From Candidatus Pacearchaeota archaeon (GTDB taxonomy: Archaea; Nanobdellota; Nanobdellia; Pacearchaeales; GW2011-AR1): a stretch of 64,000 nt of DNA. A program made the position numbers and the translations under genes. Of the stretch, positions 30,301 to 39,511 are shown one piece after another. The stretch lies in contig JAPLXZ010000010.1 of assembly GCA_026395815.1 (NCBI GenBank), forward strand, positions 70,659 to 134,658, read 5' to 3'. The stretch's first letter is position 1. The number at the start of each line of letters is the position of its first letter. Below the pieces are notes generated by a model, which ran no database searches, was not told the DNA's origin, and saw nothing but the letters and a program-made list of their open reading frames with translations.

Positions 30301-30597
30301 TTAGTCAATCGCACCCGGTTCAAATCCAAGCTTGACAAGGACATCTTTTATCTTTTTCCTGTGATCTCCTTGGAGTTCTATTTCATTGTTTTTACTCGTT
30401 CCTCCACAAGCAAGCTCGTTTTTAAGAGCTGTTGCGATCTTCTTTATGTCAATTCCATCTCCAAGTCCGGTTACCAATGTGACCAGTTTCCCGTATCTTT
30501 TCTTTTCAGTGGTCACTTTTATACTCTGTGAACCTTTTGCGATTTTTTCACATACACATGCTTGCTCAGGCAAGCCACATTTTGGACATATTTCCAT
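30301..30597 (-). CDS. sui1: Translation initiation factor SUI1/aIF1
   Basis: CPKCGLP..CVC, KRYGKLVT, LACGGT, IELQGDH. Confidence 0.95.
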   Translation of the reverse strand: MEICPKCGLPEQACVCEKIAKGSQSIKVTTEKKRYGKLVTLVTGLGDGIDIKKIATALKNELACGGTSKNNEIELQGDHRKKIKDVLVKLGFEPGAID

Positions 30598-30599
30598 TG

Positions 30600-30818
30600 T
30601 TACTTGTTCTTCTCAACTTCTTTAGAAGATTTATTTTCTTTAAAGTTATTGAGTGTGAGTATTCTAGCCATAGTCTTTTTTATTTCTTTTATCTTTGAAC
30701 TTCCTGATTTTGAAGCACTTACTTTTGCTTTGACCAATTCAAACTTTAATTCTTCAAATTTTTTATCTCTTTCACTTTTACTCATCCTTCTAATGTCTTT
30801 TGTTTTTAATATTGCCAT
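30600..30818 (-). CDS. rpl29: 50S ribosomal protein uL29
   Basis: MAILKTKDIRRMS...IKEIKKTMARILT; operon position. Confidence 0.93.
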   Translation of the reverse strand: MAILKTKDIRRMSKSERDKKFEELKFELVKAKVSASKSGSSKIKEIKKTMARILTLNNFKENKSSKEVEKNK

Positions 30819-30819
30819 T

Positions 30820-31509
30820 TTAATCCTTCTTCACCTTTTTTCTTTTCTTTGGTTTAATTTCTTCTTCTTTAATTTTTTCAAGTTCAACCACATTCATTTT
30901 TAATCTCGCTATGACCTCTTTGTCAATTATTACCTTATCTTTTAATATTGCATAAGGAGAAAGTATGCTCACTTTAACTCCAACTGTTCCTGGTTTTGTT
31001 TGTGCTACAGATTTTGCTCTGTCTACTACTTTTGCACTATCCCCGACTTTTTTTAAGTAACCCTGGGAAAATCTCCATGTCTTTGCTCTAGCACTTGGAA
31101 GCTTTCCACCTAACACAATTTCTGCTCCCAATGCACCGGCGTGCATGATTTTTTGAAGACTTTTATAAGCAATTACTTTAAATCTAAGTGGTCCCATTCT
31201 TTCTAGTCCTAAAGCAATTTCATCAGCGACGATTTGTGCATCAAACTCTGGTTGTTTTATTTCGTCTATATCTATTCTTGGATTTTCAAATTTGAATTTG
31301 CTTTTCAAAATATTTGTTAATTCTTCAATTTTCTCTCCTTTCTTTCCTATGATTAGTCCTGGCTTATTAGTCGATATAATTACTTTCTCCCCTATTGGTG
31401 TGTATTCTATTCTAACTCTGCTTATTTTTCCTTTTCCCAATATGCTTTTGATATATTCCTTAATCGCGAATTCATCTTTCTTTAATTTTACAATATTTCT
31501 TTCTTCCAT
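30820..31509 (-). CDS. rps3: 30S ribosomal protein uS3
   Basis: TPIG, PGLIIGKKG KH domain, AGALGAEI, GKLPSARA. Confidence 0.96.
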   Translation of the reverse strand: MEERNIVKLKKDEFAIKEYIKSILGKGKISRVRIEYTPIGEKVIISTNKPGLIIGKKGEKIEELTNILKSKFKFENPRIDIDEIKQPEFDAQIVADEIALGLERMGPLRFKVIAYKSLQKIMHAGALGAEIVLGGKLPSARAKTWRFSQGYLKKVGDSAKVVDRAKSVAQTKPGTVGVKVSILSPYAILKDKVIIDKEVIARLKMNVVELEKIKEEEIKPKKRKKVKKD

Positions 31510-31514
31510 CTTAT

Positions 31515-31730
31515 TTATTTAGTGTCCTCCCAATACTTACATTCATTTAACGCATTCTCCGTCCCAGATTCAATTCCTTTATAAGGTATGTTCAAGACTT
31601 CACATATAACATGTAATGCATTATTAATCCCTGAAAGGTAAGCAGAATGCATTATCATTAACTGATCTTCTTTTACAAGTTTTTCAAGACCTGTTCTTAT
31701 TCTATTAAATTGTTCATTATTAATTTCCAT
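31515..31730 (-). CDS. Hypothetical orphan protein inserted between rpl22 and rps3
   Basis: 71-aa ORF starting 1 nt after rpl22 stop; its 3' end supplies GGGAGG ahead of rps3. Confidence 0.6.
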   Translation of the reverse strand: MEINNEQFNRIRTGLEKLVKEDQLMIMHSAYLSGINNALHVICEVLNIPYKGIESGTENALNECKYWEDTK

Positions 31731-31731
31731 T

Positions 31732-32430
31732 TTATTTCTTCTTCTCCTTTTGAATTATTTTTCTCTCTTTTGCTTTAATTCGAACATGTGTCCTTTTTCT
31801 CCTTATGCTTCCAAATCTTCCATAAGGAAGAGATGCCCTGTTCGGAATTGCTTCAACAATTATAGGTTCATCTAATTCATTTACATTTGAATTTGCTTGC
31901 AAATTTTTTAATAATTTTATGAAATGTTGAACAGCATATATAGGATATCTGCCTGCCATTATTCCTTTTCCTTTCCTATGAGGAATTTCTCCTTTCATTG
32001 GAATTGCTTTTTTGAATTTCAAAACTTCTTCTAAATCAGCAATTGCCTTTGCAATTGTCTTTTTCTTAATGAATCTGCAGATTGCAACAGAATCTTTTGT
32101 TGAGATAGGAAGACTTATGCCATTTACAATTGCTTCATTTTTCTTGATTTTTGGTTTTGTTTTTTGTTTCTTCTCTTCCTTTACATCAGTTTTTTTGTTT
32201 TCTTCTTGTTTTTTCTCTTTGACTATAGATTCTTTCTTTTCTTCAACTTTTGTTTCTTCTTTTTTATCCTCAATTTTTTCTTCTGGTTTTTTTACTTCAG
32301 CTAGCTCTATTTTTTGCAATTGTTCGACTTTGGCAGATAAGTGGCTAACTTCCTGTTTGCCATCTGCTTTCCGCTGTTTCTGCATCGTTTTCATTGATTT
32401 CTGTTCTGGATTATAATTTTTTTCTGTCAT
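31732..32430 (-). CDS. rpl22: 50S ribosomal protein uL22 with long Lys/Glu-rich N-terminal extension
   Basis: LPISTKDSVAICRFIK, GRYP, KRTHV. Confidence 0.93.
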   Translation of the reverse strand: MTEKNYNPEQKSMKTMQKQRKADGKQEVSHLSAKVEQLQKIELAEVKKPEEKIEDKKEETKVEEKKESIVKEKKQEENKKTDVKEEKKQKTKPKIKKNEAIVNGISLPISTKDSVAICRFIKKKTIAKAIADLEEVLKFKKAIPMKGEIPHRKGKGIMAGRYPIYAVQHFIKLLKNLQANSNVNELDEPIIVEAIPNRASLPYGRFGSIRRKRTHVRIKAKERKIIQKEKKK

Positions 32431-32438
32431 TTTGTATT

Positions 32439-32840
32439 TTATTTTTTAGCCTGAGACCTTGTTCCTTTTGTTGAACCAATCCCAGCACTTCCATGTTTTA
32501 TCTTAGATCTCGTTGGTACAAACTCTCCTAGTCTATGTCCCAACATTTCTTTTAATATTTCTACAGGAACAAATGCATGTCCGCTATGAATTTGTATTTT
32601 CATTCCAATCATCTGAGGAACTATGACTAATGCTCTCTTGTGTGTTTTTATTGGCTTATTTTTTTCTGCTTTTCCTTTAGCTCTGCTTACAAAGTTCTCC
32701 ACGTTCTGGAATTGTCTGAGAACAGCTCTTCTCTGTCGTGATTTTAAATATTTTGCGAATTCTCTAACATCTAACGTTTTCAATTCATCGATTGTCTTTC
32801 CCCGGAAAGTAAATTGTTTTTTTGTTGTTTCTATTGCCAT
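32439..32840 (-). CDS. rps19: 30S ribosomal protein uS19
   Basis: FTFRGKTIDEL, IKTH, MLGHRLGEF, GIGSTKG. Confidence 0.96.
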   Translation of the reverse strand: MAIETTKKQFTFRGKTIDELKTLDVREFAKYLKSRQRRAVLRQFQNVENFVSRAKGKAEKNKPIKTHKRALVIVPQMIGMKIQIHSGHAFVPVEILKEMLGHRLGEFVPTRSKIKHGSAGIGSTKGTRSQAKK

Positions 32841-32887
32841 TACGAAAATTCTCCTGAATTTTTGTTTATGTAAAATTTATTTTTCAT
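32840..32887 (-). repeat. Junction cassette, 15-aa mini-ORF MKNKFYINKNSGEFS*
   Basis: Starts 1 nt after rpl2 stop; AAAATTC-AGGA-GAATTTT hairpin; TAATG into rps19. Confidence 0.72.
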
Positions 32888-32888
32888 T

Positions 32889-33590
32889 TTATCTTTTCTT
32901 CCTTCCTGTTCTTCTTGGCCTTATTAATCCAACTCTTGCTCCAGGAGGAGCATTTCTCTTCGCTATTTTACTTTTGATTCTCTTTCCTCTACCACTTCCG
33001 AATGGATGGTCTATAACATTCATCTTGACAGCAGAGGTTCTTGGCCATAATCTATTTCTTGATTTTTTCATATGAAATTTTTTTCCTGCTTTGATTACAG
33101 GTTTATCCAATCTTCCTGCTCCTGCAATAACCCCAATAATCGCTCTGCAATTGGAATTAAACTTCCTTTCTTTTTTTGATGGAAGTAATAGGAATATATT
33201 CTCACCCACAATTTTGTTTACAACAGCATAGTTTCCACCAGTTCTTATGAAAACTCCCCCATCTCCTGGATTTGATTCAATATCATAAACTTGTGTTTTT
33301 AATGGAATGTCTTTTAATTTGAGTATATTCCCTGTTTTTGCTTCTTTTTCTTCAAAACTTATTTTTTGTCCTTCAATAATCCCCTTGCATGCAGGAATGT
33401 AAAAAATTCCCCTTTCATATTTTATTTTTGCTAAAGGTGCAGAATGCCCAGCAGAATTGAATAGTTTAATGACTGTTCCTTCTCCTTTAAGTTCTCTTGG
33501 ATATTTCAGTCTGAATCTGTATGCATTTCTTCTAACTCGGTAACTGAAACTTCCATGCCCTCTTGCCTGTTGAATTATTCGCTTTCCCAT
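32889..33590 (-). CDS. rpl2: 50S ribosomal protein uL2
   Basis: MGKRIIQQARG, WPRTSAVKMNVIDHPFG, APPGARVG, RRTG. Confidence 0.97.
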   Translation of the reverse strand: MGKRIIQQARGHGSFSYRVRRNAYRFRLKYPRELKGEGTVIKLFNSAGHSAPLAKIKYERGIFYIPACKGIIEGQKISFEEKEAKTGNILKLKDIPLKTQVYDIESNPGDGGVFIRTGGNYAVVNKIVGENIFLLLPSKKERKFNSNCRAIIGVIAGAGRLDKPVIKAGKKFHMKKSRNRLWPRTSAVKMNVIDHPFGSGRGKRIKSKIAKRNAPPGARVGLIRPRRTGRKKR

Positions 33591-33640
33591 TATGCAAAAT
33601 TTCCTAATTTTGTATCTTTGAAAAATTTCTTGTTTTTCAT
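33590..33640 (-). repeat. Junction cassette, 16-aa mini-ORF MKNKKFFKDTKLGNFA*
   Basis: TGAAAAA-CAAGAAA-TTTTTCA and CAAAATT-AGGA-AATTTTG hairpins; TAATG into rpl2. Confidence 0.8.
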
Positions 33641-33647
33641 TTTTTAT

Positions 33648-33887
33648 TTAGATTAATCCTAATTTCGTTGCTACATCAATAGCAGGAAATTCTTTCTTTA
33701 ATTTAACATAAGCATATTTCTTATTTCCCTTAACCATTGTCCTAATGCCATCAGCTTTCACCTTGAATAAGTCTTCAATTTCTTTTTTTATTTCCTCTTT
33801 AGTCTTGTTTTTTTCAGTTTCAAATGTCAGAACATTTTGACTTTCTATTGCCATGACTGCTTTTTCTGTTACAATCGGTTTTATCAT
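33648..33887 (-). CDS. rpl23: 50S ribosomal protein uL23
   Basis: PIVTEKA, KYAYVKL, AIDVATKLG. Confidence 0.95.
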   Translation of the reverse strand: MIKPIVTEKAVMAIESQNVLTFETEKNKTKEEIKKEIEDLFKVKADGIRTMVKGNKKYAYVKLKKEFPAIDVATKLGLI

Positions 33888-34726
33888 TTTATCTTTTCTC
33901 CTAACTCTTTAGTTTGACTTTTAGACGAACCAGTAAACTTGCTTGCAAGTTCTCTAATTGCACTTTCAGTATACATTGTAAGTCTTCCAATACCACCTTT
34001 TGCTAAGTCAACTACTCCAATATTCTTAGCGTTTTTTACTTCTATTAAATTTGTCTTTAATTTTTCTTTGTTTCCTGTAACAAAAAGCATTCCCGCATTG
34101 CTTTTGTATTTTCTTCCTCTTAATTTTCCTTTCCCACTTCTTACGCTTTTTTTCTTTATTGCTACTTCAAATAAATCTGTTCCTAAAATATTTTTTAAAC
34201 TGCCGAGAAGCTCTTTTGTTTTCAATTTTACAATCTTTTCTTCCACAACTAAAGGCAGATTTCCAATCTTTTTGTCTTTTAATCTCTCGTATTTCCCACA
34301 AACTATTTTTTCATTTGCAGTAGCACTTAATGCTGACCTTAAAGCAGAAGTCATTTCTTTCTTATTTATTTTTTTAGTATTAATCATTGAAACAACTTTT
34401 GGAGGATGAGCTCTTCTTCCCCCGACAGCACTTGGAATTTCTGCTCCTGTCCAATTGAATTGGCTTCCTCTCCTTGACATTATCTTTCTTGGAACTCTTG
34501 ATATTCCTTTTCCCTGCATAGTTTTCCACACATGTCTTGTATGCTGTATTTTTCCACTTGCAGAATGTTGCTTTCCTGCTACAGGAGAAGGAGAGTACGG
34601 TTGTCTTGTTTTTTTTGCTTCCAAGACTTTTACCACTATATCTTCCCTTATTTTTTCAGAGAAAAAACTAGGCAAATTCAATTCCTTTCCTTTCTTTCCT
34701 GTTATGTCTAAAATATTTGTTTTCAT
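33884..34726 (-). CDS. rpl4: 50S ribosomal protein uL4
   Basis: GISRVPR, GGRRAHPPK, RSGKGKLRGRKY, GRLTMYTE. Confidence 0.96.
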   Translation of the reverse strand: MKTNILDITGKKGKELNLPSFFSEKIREDIVVKVLEAKKTRQPYSPSPVAGKQHSASGKIQHTRHVWKTMQGKGISRVPRKIMSRRGSQFNWTGAEIPSAVGGRRAHPPKVVSMINTKKINKKEMTSALRSALSATANEKIVCGKYERLKDKKIGNLPLVVEEKIVKLKTKELLGSLKNILGTDLFEVAIKKKSVRSGKGKLRGRKYKSNAGMLFVTGNKEKLKTNLIEVKNAKNIGVVDLAKGGIGRLTMYTESAIRELASKFTGSSKSQTKELGEKIK

Positions 34727-35667
34727 CTTAATTCAATAAGTTCAAAGTTTTTCTTTAATTGTTTTCTTGTTGTTCTTAACGGAGATGTGATCAACAATTG
34801 CCTTTTTGCTGGTCCTTGTACGCTTCCAGCAACAATAATATAATCTGTTTTTATATCCCCAAAATTTTTTATTCCTTTAAATTTGTCTTCGGCTTTTCCA
34901 AGTTCAATTAATTTATTATTACATATCGCTCTTGTAAACATTCCAAGCTGTCCTGCTTGCGCAGCAGTATATGCGACTCTTGCAGGATGCCAAGGTCCAA
35001 GGTTTCCTGGATTTCTTACTCCTTTCTCAGATTTATGAGATTTAAGAGTAATGTGGAATCTTTTTACAGGCCCCTGAAGTCCCTTTCCTTTTGTCAATCC
35101 ACGAAAATCAACAAGCTGATTTTTTTCAAAGACGTTTGATACTAAAATCTCTTTTTCCAGATTCTCCTTAACAAAATCAATCTTGTTTTCAAGACTCCCT
35201 GTAATTGCAATTTCGCTTAAATCAGGAGTCTTTTTTATATTTGTTTTTTTTGTTATTGAATAGCATATAACTCTAATATCGTCATAAACTTTTTCAACTT
35301 CGTCTATCTTCCTTGCATTTCCTTTTGGCAGTTTTACTTTTCTTTTTAATTCTTTTTCCAAATTTCCAGCCAAAACTTCTTTCATAACTTTTCCATCTTT
35401 GTAAAATCTAACAGAAAATATCTTCAGTGGAGGACATTCGAGGATTGTAACAGGCACAATAATCTTTTTTCCTTTAGTCATAGAATCAGGAGTCTCGTCT
35501 TTTACATAAGCAGAAGCCATTCCTGCTTTATACCCTATAATTCCTTTAAGTTTTTTTACAGAAGAATCTTTTATCGCATCCCAATTTACACTAGGCAAAA
35601 TCTTTTTGGCCCTTTTTCTTGGCCAAACTTGCAAACTTCCTTTCCTTGGTGCTTTTTTCGTAGGCAT
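34723..35667 (-). CDS. rpl3: 50S ribosomal protein uL3
   Basis: PRKGSL, GYKAGM, TKGKGLQGPVKRF, GSVQGPAKR. Confidence 0.97.
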   Translation of the reverse strand: MPTKKAPRKGSLQVWPRKRAKKILPSVNWDAIKDSSVKKLKGIIGYKAGMASAYVKDETPDSMTKGKKIIVPVTILECPPLKIFSVRFYKDGKVMKEVLAGNLEKELKRKVKLPKGNARKIDEVEKVYDDIRVICYSITKKTNIKKTPDLSEIAITGSLENKIDFVKENLEKEILVSNVFEKNQLVDFRGLTKGKGLQGPVKRFHITLKSHKSEKGVRNPGNLGPWHPARVAYTAAQAGQLGMFTRAICNNKLIELGKAEDKFKGIKNFGDIKTDYIIVAGSVQGPAKRQLLITSPLRTTRKQLKKNFELIELR

Positions 35668-35742
35668 TTCTTAATAGTGCGGATAACATTTTATCTTACC
35701 CTGGATAAAATATTGAGAAAACTGGGCTTTTTAAGGGTTTCT

Positions 35743-36447
35743 CTAAGCCTCAAACTCTTTTTCACTTCTTATTTCTTTTTCATCAATTACAGCTTTTCTG
35801 ATAATTTTTCCCTTCCTTTTTGCCATCTCCCTTATTTTTGCAAAATCTTCGTCTTTTTTTAGTTCTTTAGGGATTATAATTTCCTCGATTATAAAATCAT
35901 GACTTATATCCGCTTCTTTAAAGTCTGATTTTTCAAAGATAAAATCCTTCCCTATTTTTTCATCGTTTGTTATCAACTTGCAAAAATCAGGCTTTTGTTT
36001 ATCATCTTTGTTTTTCGGCTTAGCGGATTTCGGTGCTTTTGGTTTTATTTTCAAAACATTTTCCTTTCCGTTAAAGCTTAAGGCAAAGAATGCCCTTGGA
36101 AGTTTCTTAAGCAACTCAACGATTTCATTTCCAGACATTTCTTTTTCGATTATATATTGTTTAATGCCCATGAATTGCTTTTTTGACTTAAATTCCAACT
36201 CATTTCCTAAGTCAGATGTTGAGATTACTGCTCCTGTAACCCCCACTTTTTCATCTCCTATTTTTTCTGCAACAATTCTTACTAATTCATTAGCAAATTC
36301 TGCTGTTGTGAATATAGTAAATTTATTTCCGGACTTTTTTGCTCTGATTAAAGCCCTGCCTATAAATTCGCCCCTGCTAAATTTTTGAAATTGCAAGTGA
36401 ATATCTTCATCGATTTTGTCGTCAAACACTTTTTTTATAAAATTCAT
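35743..36447 (-). CDS. Hypothetical protein upstream of rpl3
   Basis: 234-aa ORF with native-looking composition; no family recognised. Confidence 0.75.
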   Translation of the reverse strand: MNFIKKVFDDKIDEDIHLQFQKFSRGEFIGRALIRAKKSGNKFTIFTTAEFANELVRIVAEKIGDEKVGVTGAVISTSDLGNELEFKSKKQFMGIKQYIIEKEMSGNEIVELLKKLPRAFFALSFNGKENVLKIKPKAPKSAKPKNKDDKQKPDFCKLITNDEKIGKDFIFEKSDFKEADISHDFIIEEIIIPKELKKDEDFAKIREMAKRKGKIIRKAVIDEKEIRSEKEFEA

Positions 36448-36569
36448 AATAAATCCTTGTTTAATTTGGCTTATAAATTTTTTCCATGCAGATTCGTTCT
36501 AATTCTCTTGAACTTATAGAAGGCTTTTTAAATTTCGTCTATTTTATAATAGTAACATTTTGGACTAAT

Positions 36570-37610
36570 ATGGATGAAGTTTATTTTAGAAAGGTTTCGG
36601 CAACAGTAATTTTGGCAGTTCTTGTAGTTTTATCTTTCCTTTTGCTAAAGCCGATATTATTATCAATTATTGTAGGAATTATTTTATCTTTTATTTTTTC
36701 TCCTCTTTATACCTGGTTCTACAAAAAAACCAAACTAAAAAATCTTCCCGTTATAATAATCTGCCTTGTATTAATAACTTTGATAATTCTGCCCATTTGG
36801 TTTTTTACACCATTTCTTATAGACCAATCAATTAAACTTTATAGGGCTTCTCAAGAATTAGACATTATAACCCCCTTAAAAAACATCTTCCCCTCTTTAT
36901 TTGCTTCACAGGATTTCTCAGCAGAGGTAGGTTCTATAATTCAGTCATTCATAACGAAAACAACTAATTCATTAATGAATTATTTTTCCAATATTCTTCT
37001 TGAATTTCCAACTATAATTTTGCATATATTTGTTGTATTTTGTACTTTCTTTTTTGTGCTTAGAGACAAGGAAGAGATAATCGACTACATAAGGACCTTA
37101 TTGCCATTTTCAAAAGAGGTTGAAAAAAAGTTGTTTGAATCAACAAAAAACATAACCTATTCGGTTTTATACGGGCAAATAATCCTTGGGTCTATACAAG
37201 GAGTAGTCCTTGGAATAGGACTTTTCTTGTTTGGAGTTCCTAATGCTCTTCTTTTATCTGTTCTTGGTCTAATTGCAGGAATATTGCCTGTTATTGGCCC
37301 ATCGCTTATAGGTGTCCCTGTTGCTGTTTTTCTTCTGATAGGTGGAAATTATTTTTCTGCGTTTGGAATTATACTTTTTACAATAGCTTCTTCATGGTCA
37401 GATACTCTATTAAGACCAATATTTGTTTCTAAGAGAATAAAACTAAACACAGGAATTGTTCTTATAGGAATGATTGGAGGATTTTTGCTTTTTGGAGTGC
37501 TAGGATTTATACTCGGTCCACTTATCCTTGCTTATTTAATAATCATCATTGAAATTTACAGGAACAAAGATTCATCAGGAATTTTTTTGCAAGAACAACC
37601 CAATAAATAA
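36570..37610 (+). CDS. AI-2E (UPF0118) family transporter
   Basis: FFFVLRD, LPVIG, DTLLRP, GMIGG..FGVLGFILGP; start reassigned to 36570. Confidence 0.9.
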   Translation: MDEVYFRKVSATVILAVLVVLSFLLLKPILLSIIVGIILSFIFSPLYTWFYKKTKLKNLPVIIICLVLITLIILPIWFFTPFLIDQSIKLYRASQELDIITPLKNIFPSLFASQDFSAEVGSIIQSFITKTTNSLMNYFSNILLEFPTIILHIFVVFCTFFFVLRDKEEIIDYIRTLLPFSKEVEKKLFESTKNITYSVLYGQIILGSIQGVVLGIGLFLFGVPNALLLSVLGLIAGILPVIGPSLIGVPVAVFLLIGGNYFSAFGIILFTIASSWSDTLLRPIFVSKRIKLNTGIVLIGMIGGFLLFGVLGFILGPLILAYLIIIIEIYRNKDSSGIFLQEQPNK

Positions 37611-37661
37611 ATATAAAAAACAACTTTTCTAAGTATAAATATTAAATTAAAAGAAAGTGAT

Positions 37662-39149
37662 ATGGAATTAAAAGTAAAATTTATAAGATGGTCTGCAGGA
37701 TTTCCTGTTGCTATGCTGAATGAAGAAACAGCAGAATTAATGGGGATAAATGTTAAAGACAGAATTCTGGTAAAAACAATTTCAAAAAATCCGAGGAGTG
37801 TTGCTACAATTGTAGATACTGTAACAAATCTTGTAAAAGAAAAAGAAATAGGGATTACATCTGAATTAAAAGACAGACTCTCTTTAAAGGTCGGGCAAAT
37901 CGTGGATATAGACATTGCACCATCTCCAAAAAGTTTTATTTTTATAAAAAAGAAATTGAATGGGGGAATTCTAAACCAAAAAGAGATTAATGAGATAATA
38001 AAAGATATTACAAACAACTCATTGTCTGAAGTAGAAATTTCTTTTTTTATTTCTGCGATGTATAAAGAAGGAATGAACATTAAAGAAACAATTCATCTTA
38101 TCAATGCAATATTAAACACAGGAAGAAAATTAAATTTTAAGAATAGAATTGTAGCTGATAAACATTGTATTGGGGGGATTCCAGGAAACAGAACTACCCC
38201 TATTTTAGTGTCTATCTGTGCAGCAGCAGGATTAACTATGCCTAAATCCTCATCAAGAGCAATAACTACTGCAGCAGGAACTGCAGATGTTATAGAAACA
38301 CTCGCCCCCGTTGAATTTTCATTAAAAGACTTGTATAGGATTGTCAGAAAAACGAATGCGTGTTTAATCTGGGGCGGTTCATTGGAAATAGCTCCTGCAG
38401 ACGATAAGATAATCCAAGTTGAAAAATCTCTGAATATTGATCCGCAATCACAATTACTAGCTTCAATAATGTCTAAAAAATTAGCTTCTGGTGCAAAATA
38501 TATCTTGATTGATATTCCTTATGGCAAGACTGCAAAAGTAACAAAACCAAAAGCATTAGAATTAAAGAAAAAATTTGAGTATCTTGGAAAATACTTCAAG
38601 AAAAAATTAGAAGTTGTATTAACAGATGGGAGTCAGCCAATAGGAAATGGTATAGGTCCTGCCTTGGAAATGATTGATATAATAAAAGTTCTTAAAAATT
38701 CAGATGACCGTCCAGAAGATTTGGAGAAAAGAGCCCTATTATTAGCAGGAAAACTTTTGGAAATGACAGGAAAGGCAAAAAAAGGAAAAGGGATTGAAGT
38801 AGGGAGAGAAGTTTTATACTCTGGAAGAGCATTTGAAAAGTTTAAAAAAATAATAAAAGCCCAAGGAGGAAAAATAAAAAAGATAAAACCAGCAAAATTT
38901 AGAAAAGATGTTATAATGGACAAAAATGGGAGAATCATTGAAATAGACAATAAAAAAATCAATTTTTTAGCAAGAATTACTGGCTGTCCATCTGACAAAT
39001 ACTCCGGGCTTTATCTGCATGCGCATGTGGGAAATAAATTGAAAAAAGGAGCAAAACTGCTGACTATTTATTCAGAATCAAAATCACGTCTTAAAGAAGC
39101 AATTGATTTTTATAAAGATCAAAAACCTATTACAATTCACAACAACTAA
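37662..39149 (+). CDS. AMP phosphorylase (thymidine phosphorylase family, archaeal type)
   Basis: DKHCIGGIPGNRTT, KSSSRAITTAAGTAD, APADD, ASIMSKK, QPIGNGIGPALE; N-terminal extension. Confidence 0.93.
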   Translation: MELKVKFIRWSAGFPVAMLNEETAELMGINVKDRILVKTISKNPRSVATIVDTVTNLVKEKEIGITSELKDRLSLKVGQIVDIDIAPSPKSFIFIKKKLNGGILNQKEINEIIKDITNNSLSEVEISFFISAMYKEGMNIKETIHLINAILNTGRKLNFKNRIVADKHCIGGIPGNRTTPILVSICAAAGLTMPKSSSRAITTAAGTADVIETLAPVEFSLKDLYRIVRKTNACLIWGGSLEIAPADDKIIQVEKSLNIDPQSQLLASIMSKKLASGAKYILIDIPYGKTAKVTKPKALELKKKFEYLGKYFKKKLEVVLTDGSQPIGNGIGPALEMIDIIKVLKNSDDRPEDLEKRALLLAGKLLEMTGKAKKGKGIEVGREVLYSGRAFEKFKKIIKAQGGKIKKIKPAKFRKDVIMDKNGRIIEIDNKKINFLARITGCPSDKYSGLYLHAHVGNKLKKGAKLLTIYSESKSRLKEAIDFYKDQKPITIHNN

Positions 39150-39179
39150 TTTTTTAAAGTTCTCTTGCCTCTTTTTTTT

Positions 39180-39461
39180 ATGGAAGAATCAGTTCATAAA
39201 AAAAGTTTGTTTAATTTAGTAGAATATTTTAAAAAAAATCTGAAAAAAGGCTATCCTGTAGATACATTAAGGATAGCATTAATCAACCAAGGATATGTAA
39301 GGCAGATAATTGATAATGCTGCAAAAGAAGCAATCAAACAATTGGCTGATCAGGCTCCTATTTTAAAGGAAAAACCACAGATTGAGCATGAACTTATCAA
39401 TGAAAATGATAAGCCCATTGTTGTAAAAAGACCTTGGTGGAAAAGACTTCTTGGATTGTAA
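39180..39461 (+). CDS. Hypothetical protein
   Basis: Y.KKNLKKGY...LR.AL..QGY motif, C-terminal PWWKRLLG. Confidence 0.7.
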   Translation: MEESVHKKSLFNLVEYFKKNLKKGYPVDTLRIALINQGYVRQIIDNAAKEAIKQLADQAPILKEKPQIEHELINENDKPIVVKRPWWKRLLGL

Positions 39462-39511
39462 AATAGAGACATAGTAACCTTTAAAATATATAGTTTAGTG
39501 TATATTTTATT

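Noticed and set aside
24721..34739. Long antisense ORFs over ribosomal genes (e.g. 24721-25305, 29046-29498, 32623-33075, 33939-34409)
   Set aside because: Phe/Leu/Ser-rich shadows of Lys/Glu-rich sense genes with no motifs.
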